Positions 59,756 to 64,000 of a stretch of DNA of 64,000 nt are shown here, piece after piece; position 1 is the stretch's first letter; every line of letters starts with the position of its first letter. The translations under genes were made by a program, and so were the position numbers. This DNA comes from Octopus sinensis (lineage: Eukaryota), in assembly GCF_006345805.1 (NCBI RefSeq), contig NC_042997.1, positions 117,986,001-118,050,000 of the forward strand. The letters are read 5' to 3'. The notes beneath the pieces are model-generated. The model worked only from the letters and a program-made list of their open reading frames with translations, did not search any database and was not told where the DNA came from.

Positions 59756-60645
59756 CTATATGCTGTGAGTTAATGGGCAGACAGAAACAAAATGCAACTG
59801 AATGAGAGAAAATTTGAGCTGATGCATTTTGGAAGAAATTCCTCACTAAAACAACCATACTCTCTTCCTTCAGGGGAACCGCTCACAGCCTCTGGGTGTA
59901 ATTGTTGATGACGATCTCAGTTGGAGTGCATACATCAACAAGAAGGTCGATATAGCTCGTAGGATGAATTCCTGGATCTTAAGAACTTTCCGGTCCAGAG
60001 AACAAGGTGTCATCATACCACTTTTTTCCTCCTTTGTACGGCCACACCTTGAATACAGCTGCCCACTGTGGTCTCCCCATACAAGACAAAACATCTCCAG
60101 GATTGAGTCACCCCAGAGGGCACTTACTAAACGAATTGAAGGCATGGCTGCTCTCGATTATTGGGATCGCCTTAAAGCCTTGAAACTTTACTCCCTCCAG
60201 CGTCGCCGTGAGCGGTACATCATTTGTACGATGTGGACAATATACCGCCAACTTTGCCCAAACGACCTTAACATTAGCTTCAAGGTTCATCCAAGACTGG
60301 GACCACGGGCCATACGTCCCCTGCCCAATTCAAGATCACAACATACAAGTACACTGCAACATAATTTCTTTTCCTCAACAGGCCCTGCCCTATTTAACAT
60401 TGTCCCGAGGGAGATCAAAGAGGAAAAGGATCCCATCAACTTTAAATGGAGTCTGGATAGATTCATTCAAAGAATACCAGATAAGCCACCCATAATTGGA
60501 TACAACTCACCCAAAAAGAACTCACTACTTGAACAAAAATTGACTTTAACAAAACTTGACTTAAACAGGATTCCAATAATCCTATCAGGTGGCGCTATTA
60601 AGTTAGACATGGCCTGGACCAATCTTTGGTCGAAACATATCTAAG
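59756..60645 (+). mobile_element. Second, shorter 5'-truncated CR1/L2-type LINE (related subfamily)
   Basis: RPHLEYSCPLWSP and LYSLQRRRERY, with the same 3' terminal motif GCTATTAAGTTAGACATGGCCTGG. Confidence 0.9.
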
Positions 60646-60949
60646 TTTATGTATGTATATGTATGTATATCTATCTATGTATGTGTGTGTATGTATGTGT
60701 ATGTATGTATGTATGTATGTATGTATGTATATGTATGTATATATATGTACATATATATAATATGTATATATGTATATATGTTGTATGTATATATGTATGT
60801 ATGTATATATGTATGTATGTATTATATGTATGTATGTATATATGTATGTATGTATATATGTATGTTATGTATATATATATGTATGTATATATATATGTAT
60901 GTATATATATATGTATGTATATATATATGTATGTATATATATATGTATG

Positions 60950-60989
<40 letters not shown>

Positions 60990-61639
60990 TGTATGTATTA
61001 TATATGTATGGTATATATGTATGTATATATATATGTTATATATATATGTATGTATATATATATGTATATATATATATATGTATATATATATGTATGTATA
61101 TATATATGTATGTATATATAATATGTATGTATGTATGTTATATAATATGTGTATATATATATGTATATATATGTATGTATAATATATGTATTATATAATA
61201 TGTATGTATGTATGTATGTAGTATATATGTATGTATGTATATGTATGATTATATATGTATGTATGGTATATGTATGTATATATATATGTATGTATACATG
61301 TATGTATGTATGTATATATATATGTATGTATGTATATGTATGTATATATATATGTATGTATATGTATGTATTATATATGTATGTATGTATATTGTATGTA
61401 TGTATATGTATGTATGTATGTATATGTATGTATGTATATGTATGTATGTATATGTATGTATGTATGTATGTAGTATGTATATGTATGTATGTATATGTAT
61501 GTATGTTATATGTATTATGTATATGTATGTATGTATATGTATGTATGATATATGTATGTATGTATATGTATGTATGTATAATATGTATGTATGTATATAT
61601 ATATGTATGTATATATATATGTATGTATGTATATATATG

Positions 61640-61671
<32 letters not shown>

Positions 61672-61797
61672 TGTATGTACGTATATATATATGTATGTAC
61701 GTATATATATATGTATGTACATATATATATATGTATGTACATATATATATATGTATGTACATATATATATATGTATATGTATATATATATATGTATG

Positions 61798-61829
<32 letters not shown>

Positions 61830-61861
61830 TATATATGTATGTATGTGTTTGTATGTGTATG
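60646..61861. repeat. 1.2-kb (TATG)/(TA) microsatellite
   Basis: Seen directly in the sequence. Confidence 0.95.
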
Positions 61862-62250
61862 TTGTGGAGGCGCAATGGCCCAGTGGTTAGGGCAGCGGAC
61901 TCGCGGTCGTAGGCTCGCGGTTTCGATTCCCAGACCGGGCGTTGTGAGTGTTTATTGAGCGAAAACACCCAAAGCTCTACGAGGCTCCGGCAGGAATGGT
62001 GCTGATCCCTGCTGTATTCTTTCACCACAACTTTCTCTCACTCTTACTTCATGTTTCTGTTGTACCTGTATTTCAAAGGGCCGGCCTTGTCACTCTCTGT
62101 GTCACGCTGAATATCCCCGGGAACTACGTTAAGGGTACACGTGTCTGTGGAGTGCTCAGCCACTCACATGTCAATTTCACGAGCAGGCTGTTCCGTTGAT
62201 CGAATCAACCGGAACCCTCGTCGTCGTAACCGTCGGAGTGCTTCCATGTG
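61862..62250 (+). mobile_element. tRNA-derived SINE
   Basis: A-box-like TGGCCCAGTGG and B-box-like GGTTTCGATTCC. The body is shared with 26945-27275. Confidence 0.8.
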
Positions 62251-62368
62251 TGTATGTATATGTGTATGTGTGTGTATGTGTATGTGTGTGTATGTGTATG
62301 TGTGTGTGTGTATGTGTGTGTGTGTGTATGTATGTATGTGTATGTATGTATGAATGTATATATGTGTA

Positions 62369-62751
62369 TCTCTCTCTATATAAACGGCAGTTTGTCTGTG
62401 TGCGTGTCTGTGTGTCTGTTAGGTTGTACCCTCACCCTGACCACGACTTTCAACCGATTCTGATGAAACTTAACACACACATAGCCCAATGTCATAATTC
62501 AAAACTAACGCAGCGAAAATTTTGAAAAGTTCCCCCAGTTCTGAAAAAAATCGATAAATTCGACATGGGATCGAGAATCAGAAACACAAACCACAGACTG
62601 TCTAGGGGACGCAACTCGACCTTTTTAACTCTCAAAAAATTTACCATCATTTTTTTCCCCATTGTTTTGCTATTTTTTGGCTATAACTCTCTAAAAATCC
62701 TTTATAGTTAATTCCCTTACAAACCCGAGCAACGCCGGGCGATACTGCTTG
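62369..62751 (+). mobile_element. Non-autonomous Helitron (3' half shared with 39459-39839)
   Basis: A|TC start and the same 3' hairpin, with a CTTG|T variant terminus. Confidence 0.75.
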
Positions 62752-62755
62752 TATG

Positions 62756-62794
<39 letters not shown>

Positions 62795-63009
62795 GTTATA
62801 TATGTATGTATATTTGTGTATATATGTATGTATATTTATGTATATATGTATTTATATATATGTATGTTTATGTGCATATGTATATATATATATATGTATG
62901 TATGTATGTAGATGTATATATGTATGTATGCATGTATATGTGTATATATGTATGTATGTAGATGTATGTGTATATATGTATGTATGTAGATGTATATGTA
63001 TATGTGTAT

Positions 63010-63375
63010 GTGTCTTCTGCTATAGCCCCGGACCGACCAATGCCTTGTGAGTGAATTTGGTAGATGGAAACTGAAAGAAGCCTGTCGTATATATGTGTAT
63101 ATATATATATATGTGTTTGTGTGTCGTATATATGTTATATATATATATATATATATATGTGTGTTTGTGTGTCTGTGTTTGTCCCCCTAGCATTGCTTGA
63201 CAACCGATGGTGGTGTGTTTATGTCCCCGTTACTTAGCGGTTCGGCAAAAGAGACCGATAGAATAAGTACTGGGCTTGCAAAAGAATAAGTCCTGGGGTC
63301 GAGTTGCTCGATTAAAAGGCGGTGCTCCAGCATGGCCGCAGTCAAATGACTGAAACAGGTAAAAGAGTAAAAGAG
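63010..63375 (+). mobile_element. SINE, 5'-truncated
   Basis: Core, internal microsatellite and tail GGCGGTGCTCCAGCATGGCCGCAGTCAAATGACTGAAAC. Confidence 0.85.
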
Positions 63376-63388
63376 ATATATTTGTATG

Positions 63389-63440
<52 letters not shown>

Positions 63441-63441
<1 letters not shown>

Positions 63442-64000
63442 GAGGGGCGTTCAATAAGTAATGCCCCTGACCCACTTCCCATAGCAGTAGAGCAACGAAA
63501 CTTGGCACAGCTATTAGTCTTTTTCTACCTAGGAACCACCCATAGTTACGCATTTCTCCCATTGTTTGATGCAGCTCTGGAGACCGTTTTTGTAGAAGAC
63601 CCCAGCTTGGTCCTCCAACCTCAACGTGACTTCAGAAACCAAGGCTGCATCATCTGGGAAACGCTTTCCTTTCAAAAACAACTTCATGACTGGGAAGAGG
63701 TGAAAATCAGAGGGTGCAAGGTCAGGAAAGTAGGGGGATGGGGGCGGAGTTCATAGCCGCACACCTGTGCTTCTGATCTGGCGACACGCGAGTTGTGGAC
63801 CGGAGCGTTGTCCTTGCCTTCATTGGAGGGGGTGAGTCACGGTGCTTCCACTGCATTGACTAGGCTTTGGTCTCTGGATCATCGTGATGGACCCAGGTTT
63901 CATCCTGTGTAATCAGTCTTTTGAAAAATTTTGACTCATCTTCTTGGCACATCTCCAAATTCACCCTCGAGCACTCGGCGCGTTCTTGCTTCTGGAAAGG
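63441..64000 (-). mobile_element. Second copy of the same mariner family with an internal ~190-bp deletion; runs off the window
   Basis: Same TIR after (TA)n. It lacks the equivalent of about 55640-55830, with CT microhomology at the junction. Confidence 0.92.

Noticed and set aside
61862-61940. tRNA gene (also the other SINE heads)
   Set aside because: A- and B-box-like motifs run into SINE bodies found in several copies, and no complete cloverleaf is evident.
56485-63050. MYVY/IHTY-type ORFs here and at about 17.9-18.9 kb
   Set aside because: They are translations of TA/TG microsatellites.

Overview
Eukaryotic DNA. The SINE families and TA/TG microsatellites resemble octopus (cephalopod) repeats; this is recognition from memory, not a database result. 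The left 17 kb looks like a chromosome end: about 855 bp of pure (CTAAG)n (other strand (TTAGC)n), then a 6.9-kb satellite in which a 50-bp unit alternates with (CTAAG)n runs. Next is a head-to-tail array of three minus-strand non-LTR units: a 3'-truncated Tx1/L1-clade LINE, a diverged Gag-only element and a full-length Tx1/L1-clade LINE. A 13-bp motif sits at the 5' boundary of all three units, and the two units with intact 3' ends share a ~45-nt tail that also ends a dispersed SINE at 46 kb. Further in, a 13-exon patatin-like gene (+, 487 aa, catalytic Ser motif lost) lies inside a 23.8-kb intron of a glycine N-acyltransferase-like gene (-). The rest holds SINEs, MITEs, Helitron-like elements, mariner, piggyBac, Hero and CR1-type fragments, a 4.1-kb polypyrimidine minisatellite and long microsatellites. 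Whether the window starts at a real chromosome end, and whether the satellite/LINE join near 7.8 kb is correctly assembled, cannot be decided from this sequence alone.
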